From NCBI GenBank assembly GCA_027859095.1, contig JAQIBN010000085.1, positions 1-56,128 of the forward strand: a stretch of DNA of 56,128 bases, read 5' to 3'. Of this stretch, positions 1 to 9,034 are shown in pieces. How positions within the stretch are numbered: position 1 is the stretch's first letter; every line of letters begins with the position of its first letter. The translations under genes were made by a program, and so were the position numbers. This DNA is from Spirochaetia bacterium. Its GTDB lineage: Bacteria; Spirochaetota; Spirochaetia; B11-G9. The notes beneath the pieces are model-generated. The model saw only the letters and a list, made by a program, of their open reading frames with translations, was not told the origin of the DNA and did not search any database.

Positions 1-19
1 CTTGCAGTCATTATCGCCT

Positions 20-1435
20 CTACACACTCCAGATTTTCATTTTAAATATAAATTCCTGAGATAAAGATCCATCTGGTCCTTTAAGAATGGAACCATCAAC
101 ATAATGAATGGAAATGATACAGTTATTATCTTTGATTTTCACCTTTGCATAGTGCAATGTATTCTCTCCATACATATAACCAAACCACTTACTTTCGGTA
201 TTATAGGATATCCCAGGGTTATCCAAATAGTTCCCCTGCTTATCACATGGCAGATGAAAATAGTGATGATCATCCTTTTTAAACTGATCAATCCCCATTT
301 TTCCCTCAAAGAACATTTCTCTATTCCAGGGATACTGAATAGTAGTTTTCTTTTCAACTACTCCCCTTTCCAGATTAAACCATTTAAGTATTTTTCTCTT
401 AAATGGTTTATGAGAAAAAAGTCTAAAATTACTCTCCGGGCTTGCTCCTGAAGAACCTATACAAAAAAAATCTATAGGATTGTCTCCAATAATATCATCA
501 CTATTTATTACAAAACCATTTTTTCCATACTGATACTGCCAGTGTTCATATAAATGAGCATGCCCCCAAAAAACAGCATCTACATCAAATTTGGATACTA
601 TGGGTAATATCCATTCCTGCAGTTTTATATCTCCGGAATATTCACCATTACTTAAAACAGCATGATGTAAAATTACAAAAATCCACCCTGCTCCATCTTT
701 AACTGCTTTTTCAAGATCTTTAACAAACCACTTTTTTTGTTTATTACTAATTTTAGAGTTCATCCCTGCAAAACCACCATCATAGGGATCAAGAAAAGTA
801 AGATGAAGATTCCCAATATTTTTTGAATAGTACGAACCTTTCCCTCCAAAAAACCTATAGGGGAAAAACATACGAAACGTTTTATTTCTGTGAAACAAAT
901 AGTATTCATGATTACCAATAGCCGGAAGTATTGGTCTTGATGAGGCCATCAAAGGTAAAGACTTCATTAGGAAATGCCAATATTTTAATATACTTCCAAT
1001 TTGAACCAGATCTCCCAACTGAATGATAAAATTAGGATTTTCCTTATTTATTTGCTGTGCCATAATATTATTCGTATTTAACGTAACCTGATTTTTTGGT
1101 TGAAGATCTCCTGCAATTATAAATTCTAAATTATTATTGTCCACTTTAGCAGTACGGAAACTAAAAACTGTTACAATTGAGTAAAGTGAAAAACTTTCTT
1201 TAATGGTATAAAAATAGGTTGAATCTGAAGATAAATTATCAATAGTGATAGAATGAAATCTTTTTTTTATGGAGAGTTCAGTCTGATTCAAATTAGATTC
1301 TATGTCACCCCAGAGAAGTATTGAGTTTTTATTTTTCGCTGTTAACCAGCATATAGTAATTGAAGTTTCGGGAATGCCTTTAAGAATTAGATAAGGACCA
1401 TCATTCCATTTATATTTTTTATTAAAAAACACCAC
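20..1435 (-). CDS. Purple-acid-phosphatase-like metallophosphoesterase with N-terminal FN3-like domain
   Basis: Calcineurin-like motifs GDLQ, GDLVQ, GNHEY, HH, GHAH; N-terminal 'GPYL...SITICW...HSITIDNL...YFY' PAP-N/FN3 pattern; no signal peptide; GTG start. Confidence 0.8.
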   Translation of the reverse strand: MVFFNKKYKWNDGPYLILKGIPETSITICWLTAKNKNSILLWGDIESNLNQTELSIKKRFHSITIDNLSSDSTYFYTIKESFSLYSIVTVFSFRTAKVDNNNLEFIIAGDLQPKNQVTLNTNNIMAQQINKENPNFIIQLGDLVQIGSILKYWHFLMKSLPLMASSRPILPAIGNHEYYLFHRNKTFRMFFPYRFFGGKGSYYSKNIGNLHLTFLDPYDGGFAGMNSKISNKQKKWFVKDLEKAVKDGAGWIFVILHHAVLSNGEYSGDIKLQEWILPIVSKFDVDAVFWGHAHLYEHWQYQYGKNGFVINSDDIIGDNPIDFFCIGSSGASPESNFRLFSHKPFKRKILKWFNLERGVVEKKTTIQYPWNREMFFEGKMGIDQFKKDDHHYFHLPCDKQGNYLDNPGISYNTESKWFGYMYGENTLHYAKVKIKDNNCIISIHYVDGSILKGPDGSLSQEFIFKMKIWSV

Positions 1436-1467
1436 TCATATCTCTATTGTCTATTTTTTACTGGTGT

Positions 1468-1496
1468 ATAGTATGGTTTTATTAGATTTATAACAA
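1468..1496 (-). promoter_or_regulatory. Putative sigma70 promoter of the phosphoesterase
   Basis: TTGTTA-N17-TACTAT on the minus strand. Confidence 0.4.
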
Positions 1497-1536
1497 GGAT
1501 ATTATTATCTCACAGTCAATTAAAAAGAGAGTATAT

Positions 1537-2496
1537 TTATCCCTTTTTCTTCTCTTTTTTTGTATAAATATCAAACATTACTGCTAATATAAAAATAATA
1601 CCCTTTATTACTCTTTGATAGTCAGCAGTTATTTCAAGTAGATTTAACCCGTTTGCAAGAACACCCATAATAAAAGCACCAACGACAGTACCTCCTGTTC
1701 CTCCATATCCTCCCATAAGGGATGTTCCTCCAAGAACAGTTGCTGCTATAGCTTCCAGTTCAAGGCCTACACCTGCGTTGGGTTGAGCAGACCATAGACG
1801 TGCTGTTAAAAGAATACCTGCCAGAGCTGCAGTAAAACTGCTGATCATATAAACAAATATTTTACTTTTATCATTATTGATTCCCGCAAGCCGTGCAGTT
1901 TCTTCATTTCCGCCAATGGCATAGATGTGTAATCCAAAACGGGTATGACGAAGTATTATGTAAGAAATTAAAAATATTATAAACAGAATAATTACTGGGA
2001 CTGGAAGAACCCCAATTTTGCCAGATCCCCAATATACGAAATCATCTCCCATCCCGGATATTGGTCGTCCCTGTGTATAAACAAGGGTAAGGCCACGACT
2101 AATTGCCATAACAGCAAGGGTTGCTACAAAGGGAGGAATGTTTCCTTTTACTATTAGTAAACCATTTAAAAAACCAATGCCAACTCCAATAATTAAAGCT
2201 AAAAGGATAGCAGTATAAATTGGAAATCCATTTCTTACAATACAACCGGAAGCAAGAGCACCACATAGAGCCATAACAGATCCAACAGAAAGATCTATAC
2301 CACCTGTTAAAATAGTAAATGTCATTCCTATAGCTACAATTGCAACTATAGAAGTCTGAAGTGAAATATTAATTAAATTTGCAGGTCTTAAAAATCTCCA
2401 GGAAAAAAGAGATAGGGAAATAACCATGATCAAAAGAATCATTGCTACACTATATCTCCTTAAAAAATCTTTTATATCTGTCTCCTTAAGATTCAT
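1537..2496 (-). CDS. rbsC: Ribose-type ABC transporter permease (second paralogue)
   Basis: GGIDLSVGS, IPPFVATL, YAIGGNEETARLAGI, ELEAIAATVLGGTSLMGG motifs; multiple TM helices. Confidence 0.85.
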   Translation of the reverse strand: MNLKETDIKDFLRRYSVAMILLIMVISLSLFSWRFLRPANLINISLQTSIVAIVAIGMTFTILTGGIDLSVGSVMALCGALASGCIVRNGFPIYTAILLALIIGVGIGFLNGLLIVKGNIPPFVATLAVMAISRGLTLVYTQGRPISGMGDDFVYWGSGKIGVLPVPVIILFIIFLISYIILRHTRFGLHIYAIGGNEETARLAGINNDKSKIFVYMISSFTAALAGILLTARLWSAQPNAGVGLELEAIAATVLGGTSLMGGYGGTGGTVVGAFIMGVLANGLNLLEITADYQRVIKGIIFILAVMFDIYTKKEKKKG

Positions 2497-4000
2497 CTAT
2501 TCCTCCAGTGGCTGCACATTGCATAATTTTATCCTGTGACAGTTCTTCCCGGCTAAACTCTCCGGTAATAGATCCCTCTCGAATAACTATCACCCGGTCA
2601 CTTATTCCTATAATTTCGGGCAATTCCGATGAGATCATAATAATGCCAACTCCATCTCCGGCAAGACGGTCAATTAGTGTATAAATTTCTGCTTTAGCCC
2701 CAACATCTATGCCTCTGGTAGGTTCATCTAGTATTAGTACTCGTGGATTTAAATTAAGCCATCGGGCAATTAATACTTTCTGCTGATTTCCACCTGAAAG
2801 ATTTTTAACTTTTTGATGAATATTGGGAGTACGAATATTCATCTGCTTAATAAATTTTTCTGTAAGAGTTTTTAACTTGGAAAAAAACGGAAATCCAAAA
2901 GAGGAGAACTCCTTTAAAACACTAATCGTAATATTTTCCCTCACAGACATCCCCAAAAAAAGTCCCTGCTCTTTTCTGTCTTCTGTAAGAAAACCAAGAC
3001 CCATACTTATAGCTTCCCGGGGAGATCTTATTCTAACAGAATCACCATTAATAAATATCTCTCCATGATCAAAAGTATCAATTCCAAAAAGTGCCCTTGC
3101 AAGTTCAGTCCTTCCCGCACCAATTAAACCTGAAATACCAAGGACCTCACCTTTGTTAAGATGAAAGCTGATATTATTTAGCAATTTTCCAGAACTCAAA
3201 CCTTTAACTTCCAGGACACATTCATTTTGAGGAACATTTTTTTTAGGATATAAATCACCCAGTTCTCTTCCTACCATCATTTTTACAATATCATCAGAAC
3301 TGATATCAGAAATTATTGATGTAGAGATGTGAAATCCATCACGTAATACCGTAACCCTATCCGCAATTTCAAATATTTCTTCCAGACGATGTGAAATATA
3401 CAGAATTGTAATTCCCTGATCTTTAAGATGGCGCATTACACGAAAAAGAATCTTAGTTTCTTTATCTGTTAATGCAGAAGTCGGTTCATCCATTACAATA
3501 ATTTTTGCATTAATTGAAAGGGCCTTGGCTACTTCGACCATTTGCTGCTGGGCAATAGGAATATTCACAACAAGAGTTTTTGGATCAATATCCATATCCA
3601 GTCTGGAAAGCTGGACTTTTGCTTGTTTATATAGCTTTTTCCAATCAATAAAAGTTTTAATTTTTCTGTGTGGTTCACGACCAAGATATATATTCTGACC
3701 AACTGTCAGGTAGGGGATAAGAGCAAGTTCCTGATGAATCATACTGATACCCAATGATTGTGCTTTCCCAGGAGAACCAATTTCAACTATTTCAGAATCC
3801 AGGTTAATACTTCCACTATCTGGTGAATTAATCCCTGCAAGAACTTTCATAAGTGTAGATTTACCAGCTCCATTTTCTCCTACCAAAGCATGGATCTCTC
3901 CAAATTCTGCTCTAAAAGTAACATCATCCAATGCAGTTACTCCGGGAAATATTTTTATAATATTTTCCATGGAAAGAATAAAATTATTTTGCTCTATCAC
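2486..4000 (-). CDS. rbsA: Sugar ABC transporter ATP-binding protein (tandem NBDs)
   Basis: GENGAGKST, MDEPTS, LSGGNQQK, LDEPTRGIDVGAK; 504 aa. Confidence 0.9.
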   Translation of the reverse strand: MIEQNNFILSMENIIKIFPGVTALDDVTFRAEFGEIHALVGENGAGKSTLMKVLAGINSPDSGSINLDSEIVEIGSPGKAQSLGISMIHQELALIPYLTVGQNIYLGREPHRKIKTFIDWKKLYKQAKVQLSRLDMDIDPKTLVVNIPIAQQQMVEVAKALSINAKIIVMDEPTSALTDKETKILFRVMRHLKDQGITILYISHRLEEIFEIADRVTVLRDGFHISTSIISDISSDDIVKMMVGRELGDLYPKKNVPQNECVLEVKGLSSGKLLNNISFHLNKGEVLGISGLIGAGRTELARALFGIDTFDHGEIFINGDSVRIRSPREAISMGLGFLTEDRKEQGLFLGMSVRENITISVLKEFSSFGFPFFSKLKTLTEKFIKQMNIRTPNIHQKVKNLSGGNQQKVLIARWLNLNPRVLILDEPTRGIDVGAKAEIYTLIDRLAGDGVGIIMISSELPEIIGISDRVIVIREGSITGEFSREELSQDKIMQCAATGGIDES

Positions 4001-4070
4001 TTTCTATCTCCAAATTCTATAAAGCAAGGTGACAGGAAAATAAATCCCCACCACCTGCAATCTAAAGAGA

Positions 4071-4973
4071 TTATTTTGTAACCAATGCAAGTGGTACTGG
4101 TATGGATGATTCTACAGAACCTCCAGACAGACTTTTTACAGCGGCATCAACCCCTAAACTACCGATTTCAGCAGGCTGCTGAGCAACAGTAGCAGCAAGT
4201 TTTCCACTTTTAACTGCATTGACAGCATCATCTACAGCATCAAATCCAATAAAAATAATTCCAGTTCTTCCAGCTGCTTCAGCAGCCTGTACAGCACCCA
4301 GGATCATTTCATCATTATGAGCAAATACAGCACTTATCTCTGACTGAGCCTGAAGAATATTTTCAAAAACGCTTAAACCTTCTGCTCTATTAAAATTAGC
4401 AGTCTGTCGTGCAACAACAGAAAGTCCTGAGTTTCCAGATACAACAGAATTAAATCCTTTTCCCCTATCTCTTGCAGCAGAAGTTCCTGCAATACCTTCC
4501 AGCTCTACAACATTACCTTTTCCACCCAGAAGTTCAACCATATATTCAGCAGCCATTTTACCTCCGGCTACATTATCAGAAGCAATATGTGAAACTACAT
4601 CACCACCAGCAGCACCTCTGTCTATTGTAAAAACAGGAATCCCAGCAGCATTTGCTTTTTTAATACTGGGCACAATAGCATCAGCATCTGTTGGATTAAT
4701 TAAAAGGGCATCAACACCTTTCTGAATTAAATCTTCAATATTAGTCGCTTCTTTTGATGGATCATCCTGGGAATCAACAATTATCAATTTAGCTCCAAGT
4801 TCCGCTGCCTTTGCTTCTGCACCTTCTTTAAGTGTAACAAAAAATGGATTGTTCAGAGTTGAGAGAGAAAGCCCAAGTGTAAGACCATCAGACTCTTCTT
4901 TATTACCACCTGCAAAACTAACAGTACTTATTACCAGTAAAAGTATCAGTAAAAAACTTAAATTTTTCTTCAT
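4071..4973 (-). CDS. rbsB: Ribose ABC transporter substrate-binding protein
   Basis: STLNNPFF, ASDNVAGG, GTSAARDRG, AHNDEM, GFD, ATVAQQP as in RbsB; signal peptide ending SFA-GGNKE. Confidence 0.85.
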   Translation of the reverse strand: MKKNLSFLLILLLVISTVSFAGGNKEESDGLTLGLSLSTLNNPFFVTLKEGAEAKAAELGAKLIIVDSQDDPSKEATNIEDLIQKGVDALLINPTDADAIVPSIKKANAAGIPVFTIDRGAAGGDVVSHIASDNVAGGKMAAEYMVELLGGKGNVVELEGIAGTSAARDRGKGFNSVVSGNSGLSVVARQTANFNRAEGLSVFENILQAQSEISAVFAHNDEMILGAVQAAEAAGRTGIIFIGFDAVDDAVNAVKSGKLAATVAQQPAEIGSLGVDAAVKSLSGGSVESSIPVPLALVTK

Positions 4974-5048
4974 TTTTTTCTCCTATATTTTTCAATCTGT
5001 CATAATATCCAACTTATCTATTTCCCTGCTAAAACAACCTCCTTTATT

Positions 5049-5993
5049 TTAATTTTTCTTTTGTGCTAAACGGTGAAGTAGAAGTGCTATTGCAATTACA
5101 ACACCTTTGACTACCTGTTCATAGAAAGAAGAAACATCTAACAAATTTAATCCATTATTAATAACTGCAATAATAAGAACACCAATAAGTGTTCCCCAAA
5201 CAGAGCCATGACCTCCAGTAAAACTTGTACCCCCAACTACTACAGCGGCAATTGCATCGAACTCATAACCCTGCCCGATAATGGGTTGTGCCGAATCAAG
5301 TCTTCCTATAAGAATCATTCCTGCAAGAGCAGACAAAAACCCGGATAATGCATAGACCAGGCTTATATATCGTTTAACAGGAATCCCTGAAAATTCTGCT
5401 GCTGTTTCATTATTACCCAGGGCGTATATATTTTCACCATGCCTGGATCTTTTTAAAAAAAGGTAGCCAAGAAAAAAAACAAGTGCTGCAATAATAACCG
5501 GCAGAGGGATAGAACCAATCATACCTGTACCAATTACCCGGAAACTTTCATTAAGTCCGGTAATAGGTTTTCCCTGGGTGTATGTGAATGCAAGACCCCT
5601 TGCCAGAGTCATCATCCCAAGAGTGGCAATAAACGGTGGTATTTTAAATTTTGTAATAAGTAGGCCATTGACAAATCCAATACAAAACCCTAAAAGTAAA
5701 CCTAATAAAATTGCCAAGAAGACAGGGATTCCACTGTGAAGCAAGTCCGCAGTAATGACAGCTGTTAGACCAAGAATTGATCCAACAGAAAGATCAATTC
5801 CTGCAGTAAGAATGACCATAGTCATTCCAACTGCAATTATCCCGTTTATTGAAGATTGTCTGAGAATATTAAGAATATTAGGAAGTGTCAAAAAACGATC
5901 TGAAAGAAAGGAGATTGTGATTATCATAATAAAAAATGCTATTATTAATCCAAATCGCTCACCATAACCATTAATTTTCTCACTCTTTTTCAT
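5049..5993 (-). CDS. rbsC: Ribose-type ABC transporter permease
   Basis: AGIDLSVGS, IPPFIATLG, GYEFDAIAAVVVGGTS; start placed at ATG 5993 behind SD GAGGTGA. Confidence 0.85.
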   Translation of the reverse strand: MKKSEKINGYGERFGLIIAFFIMIITISFLSDRFLTLPNILNILRQSSINGIIAVGMTMVILTAGIDLSVGSILGLTAVITADLLHSGIPVFLAILLGLLLGFCIGFVNGLLITKFKIPPFIATLGMMTLARGLAFTYTQGKPITGLNESFRVIGTGMIGSIPLPVIIAALVFFLGYLFLKRSRHGENIYALGNNETAAEFSGIPVKRYISLVYALSGFLSALAGMILIGRLDSAQPIIGQGYEFDAIAAVVVGGTSFTGGHGSVWGTLIGVLIIAVINNGLNLLDVSSFYEQVVKGVVIAIALLLHRLAQKKN

Positions 5994-6001
5994 TTTCACC
6001 T

Positions 6002-6397
6002 CTAAAAAGTAACACCGGAAATAAGTACTATATTTGCAAAAGGAGAACATTCTCCTGTACGAATAATACCTGAAGAATTACAGGATTGTTCTTTTAACTC
6101 ATTATGGGAAATAGAAACTATAGGAATATCCCCTATAACATCCTGCAACTGATTATATAATTTCGGATTTTTTTCTGACATTTCATGCGCAATAATGACA
6201 CTTTCAACCTGTAGGTCCTTAAGAGCAGCTTTTAATGTATCCAAAAATGTTGGTATCCCGCAGACAAGAGCAAGATCTATTCGTCCGGATTCAATTGGAA
6301 TTGGAAAACCGGCATCTACAATCAAAACCCTTTGACCATGCCCCATACTGGCCACCAACTCGGAAATGTCCTTGTTTAGTATGCCTTCCTTTTTCAT
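6002..6397 (-). CDS. rbsD: D-ribose pyranase
   Basis: MKK.GILN, MGH, DAGFPIP, IDLAL, IRTGECSPFANIVLISGVTF. Confidence 0.9.
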   Translation of the reverse strand: MKKEGILNKDISELVASMGHGQRVLIVDAGFPIPIESGRIDLALVCGIPTFLDTLKAALKDLQVESVIIAHEMSEKNPKLYNQLQDVIGDIPIVSISHNELKEQSCNSSGIIRTGECSPFANIVLISGVTF

Positions 6398-6431
6398 GCC
6401 AGCCCCTCACATCCATATATAACTGATATTC

Positions 6432-7445
6432 TCATTCTTTATTCCTTAAAGATGAACAGGAATCTCTAATTGTTAAAACTGGTTTAAATAATTCCATCTG
6501 AATAGGTAAATCTCTATTTTTAATCCTATCTATCAGTAAGTTAGCAGCTGTTTTACCAATCTCATATTTGGGCTGCATTACTGTTGTAAGACGGGGGGTC
6601 ATAAAAGAAGCAAGAGAAATATCATCAAACCCAATTATGGAGAGATCTTCAGGGACTTTAAAGCCCATCTCGATTGCTCCATACATTGCACCAATAGCAA
6701 TAAGGTCATTGCAGGCAAAAATTGCTGTTGGTGGATTAGTTTGGGAAAGAAGTTTTTTTATTCCTTCATATCCTGAATCGCTATGAAAGGAACCACTCTG
6801 GATAAGCATTTTATCAAGAGTGATGTTTGCCTTTTTAAAGGCATCATTATATCCAAGCTCACGTTCCAGACTGGAGGATAGTTTTGAAGGTCCTGTTATA
6901 CATGCTATTCGTCTATGCCCCAGTTTGATTAAATAATCGGTAGCAAGAAAACCACCAAGCCTATTATCAACAAGAACAGAATCTATCTGCATTCCAGGTA
7001 TATCCCTATCAAGAAGAACCTTTGGGACTCTCTTTTTTCCAAAAATATCAGTGGCTTTTTTATCATCACCAACAGAAACAAATGCTATTCCGTCTACCCC
7101 TTTTTCCATTAGTAATTCAAGGTAATTTATCTCTTTTTCCATTTTCCTGTCAGAATTGCAAAGGATAACACTGTAACCACGCTCAAAACATGCATCTTCT
7201 ACACCTCTTGCAACCTCTGCAAAATAAGGATTTGTATTATCGGGAATTATCAGGCCTAAAGTTTTTGTTCTCTTTTTTCTAAAACTCCTTGCCAGACCAT
7301 TGGGTTGATAGTCGAGTTCTTTAATTGCCTCAAGTACACGCTCTTTTTTTTCAGGACTTACAAAACGTGTCTTATTTATTACATGAGATACAGTAGTTGT
7401 GGAAACATCTGCTTTTTCAGCAACAGCTTTCATTGAAACAGTAAT
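6432..7445 (-). CDS. rbsR: LacI-family repressor of the ribose-type operon (start uncertain: ATT 7445 or ATG 7433)
   Basis: HTH 'MKAVAEKADVSTTTVSHVIN', YQPN.LARS, NPYF, NDLIAIG, GFDDI; SD GGAGGT at 7450-7455. Confidence 0.85.
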   Translation of the reverse strand: MTVSMKAVAEKADVSTTTVSHVINKTRFVSPEKKERVLEAIKELDYQPNGLARSFRKKRTKTLGLIIPDNTNPYFAEVARGVEDACFERGYSVILCNSDRKMEKEINYLELLMEKGVDGIAFVSVGDDKKATDIFGKKRVPKVLLDRDIPGMQIDSVLVDNRLGGFLATDYLIKLGHRRIACITGPSKLSSSLERELGYNDAFKKANITLDKMLIQSGSFHSDSGYEGIKKLLSQTNPPTAIFACNDLIAIGAMYGAIEMGFKVPEDLSIIGFDDISLASFMTPRLTTVMQPKYEIGKTAANLLIDRIKNRDLPIQMELFKPVLTIRDSCSSLRNKE

Positions 7446-7476
7446 AATGACCTCCAATTGTAAGATGTGCAAAATG

Positions 7477-7528
7477 TATCATAATTAAACGATTGCGCAA
7501 TCGTTTGCTCAATCGTTTAATTATGATA
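7477..7528. promoter_or_regulatory. Triple LacI-type operator forming a 52-bp near-perfect palindrome
   Basis: Perfect 19-bp inverted arms 7477-7495/7510-7528; three AA(A/T)CG(A/T)TT cores with CG centres at 7490, 7502, 7514. Confidence 0.75.
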
Positions 7529-7551
7529 ACACTGAATATTTCACAGGTCAA
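7523..7551 (-). promoter_or_regulatory. Sigma70 promoter of the rbs operon
   Basis: TTGACC-N17-TATCAT with TG extension, overlapping the operator. Confidence 0.7.
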
Positions 7552-7646
7552 GAGAAAATATTTAGGAATTAACACTAAACTTGTTCCTAAGCGACTTTAT
7601 CCCAATAAGATTAAAAATTATTAAATAACCACGAATCCCTACATCT

Positions 7647-8921
7647 CTATAGTATATTCAAATAAACTGTTCCAATTTGACGTATTTGTAAAACCTGAAC
7701 ACTATTTTTCCCAAATACATTTTCCATTATCTTTTTATATTTTTCTATACTACTGTCAGGTAAAAAGATCTGAATGGTCCCTGCAAATCCACCACCATGA
7801 ACCCGGCAGGCTCCTTCACCAATCTCCTCAATAAATTTCTCACTTAATGCTAATGCAAGACTGATACCCTGTCCTTTTATATTTTTAGTTGTAAAAATAT
7901 TCTGAAGCCACTTAAAAGAGGAATCACCCGAAGCTTTAACCAGCTTTAGAAATCCAGAAAAATCACCGGATTCCAAGGCTAGCACCTCTTCTTTTACACG
8001 ATTATTTTCCTGTAAAAAATGCAGTGTTCGTAATACGACCCTGTCTCCAAGTTGTTTTCTGATATAAGGTATTTTCTCAATAAAAAAATTCATACTAATT
8101 TCTCTAAGAATACTGGCTCCTAATAAACTAGCTACAGATTTCATTTCACCAGGTATGGAGGAATAATCATCAGTAAGATCCGCATGACTGCCTCCTGTAT
8201 CCAGAACAAGAAGTTTATAATTTTGTTTATTAAAATCAAAGTTAACTTTTTTAAAAACAGGATTTTGAGAATCTTTGAAATCAATTGATATAATACCACC
8301 AACAGCACAAGCCATTTGATCCATTAAGCCACAAGGTTTCCCAAGATAATTATTTTCCGAAAACTGACCTATCTGTGCAAGTATCTCCGGCGCTATACTA
8401 TTTTCATTAAATAAAGCATTAAAAATTGTTCCTAATAATACTTCAATAGAGGCTGATGAACTTAAACCTGAACCAGGTAATACATCACTGGAAATAAATG
8501 CTTTGAATCCTGCAATTTCATATCCTAATTGCTTTAGCCTTGCTGCTACTCCTCTAATTAGTGCATGAGTAGTTCCCTTCTCTTCAGGTAATGGTTTCAG
8601 ATAATTAAGATCTACCACAAAAGGAGTTTCGTAACCTTCAGAAGATAATTCTACTACATAATCACTGGATGTTGAAACAACTGCTATTGAATCAAGATTA
8701 ATACTCCCGGCAAGAACAAGTCCATTGTTATGGTCTGTATGATTTCCCCCTAATTCTGTACGACCAGGGGTGCTGAAAAAATGTAAGCTGTCCAAATTAA
8801 AATAATTTTTAAAATCATCGGACAGCTTTTTATATCGTTTTACCTGCTTATCAATAATAAATTTATCATTCCCATATATGTTACAAATAGAGTTCTTTAA
8901 TTCCATTTCACCAAATATCAT
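7647..8921 (-). CDS. galK: Galactokinase (GHMP family)
   Basis: PGRTELGGNHTDHN, PGSGLSSSAS, CGLMDQ, GGGFAG. Confidence 0.75.
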   Translation of the reverse strand: MIFGEMELKNSICNIYGNDKFIIDKQVKRYKKLSDDFKNYFNLDSLHFFSTPGRTELGGNHTDHNNGLVLAGSINLDSIAVVSTSSDYVVELSSEGYETPFVVDLNYLKPLPEEKGTTHALIRGVAARLKQLGYEIAGFKAFISSDVLPGSGLSSSASIEVLLGTIFNALFNENSIAPEILAQIGQFSENNYLGKPCGLMDQMACAVGGIISIDFKDSQNPVFKKVNFDFNKQNYKLLVLDTGGSHADLTDDYSSIPGEMKSVASLLGASILREISMNFFIEKIPYIRKQLGDRVVLRTLHFLQENNRVKEEVLALESGDFSGFLKLVKASGDSSFKWLQNIFTTKNIKGQGISLALALSEKFIEEIGEGACRVHGGGFAGTIQIFLPDSSIEKYKKIMENVFGKNSVQVLQIRQIGTVYLNIL

Positions 8922-9034
8922 ATAAATGCCTCTTCATAAATGTGTAGGCAGATGATAGGATTTTATCAAGATAATGGCAAGGACAAGCTGTTACCATCGA
9001 CATCGCAAAACCTCAAGGAGAGGATGAATTCAAC

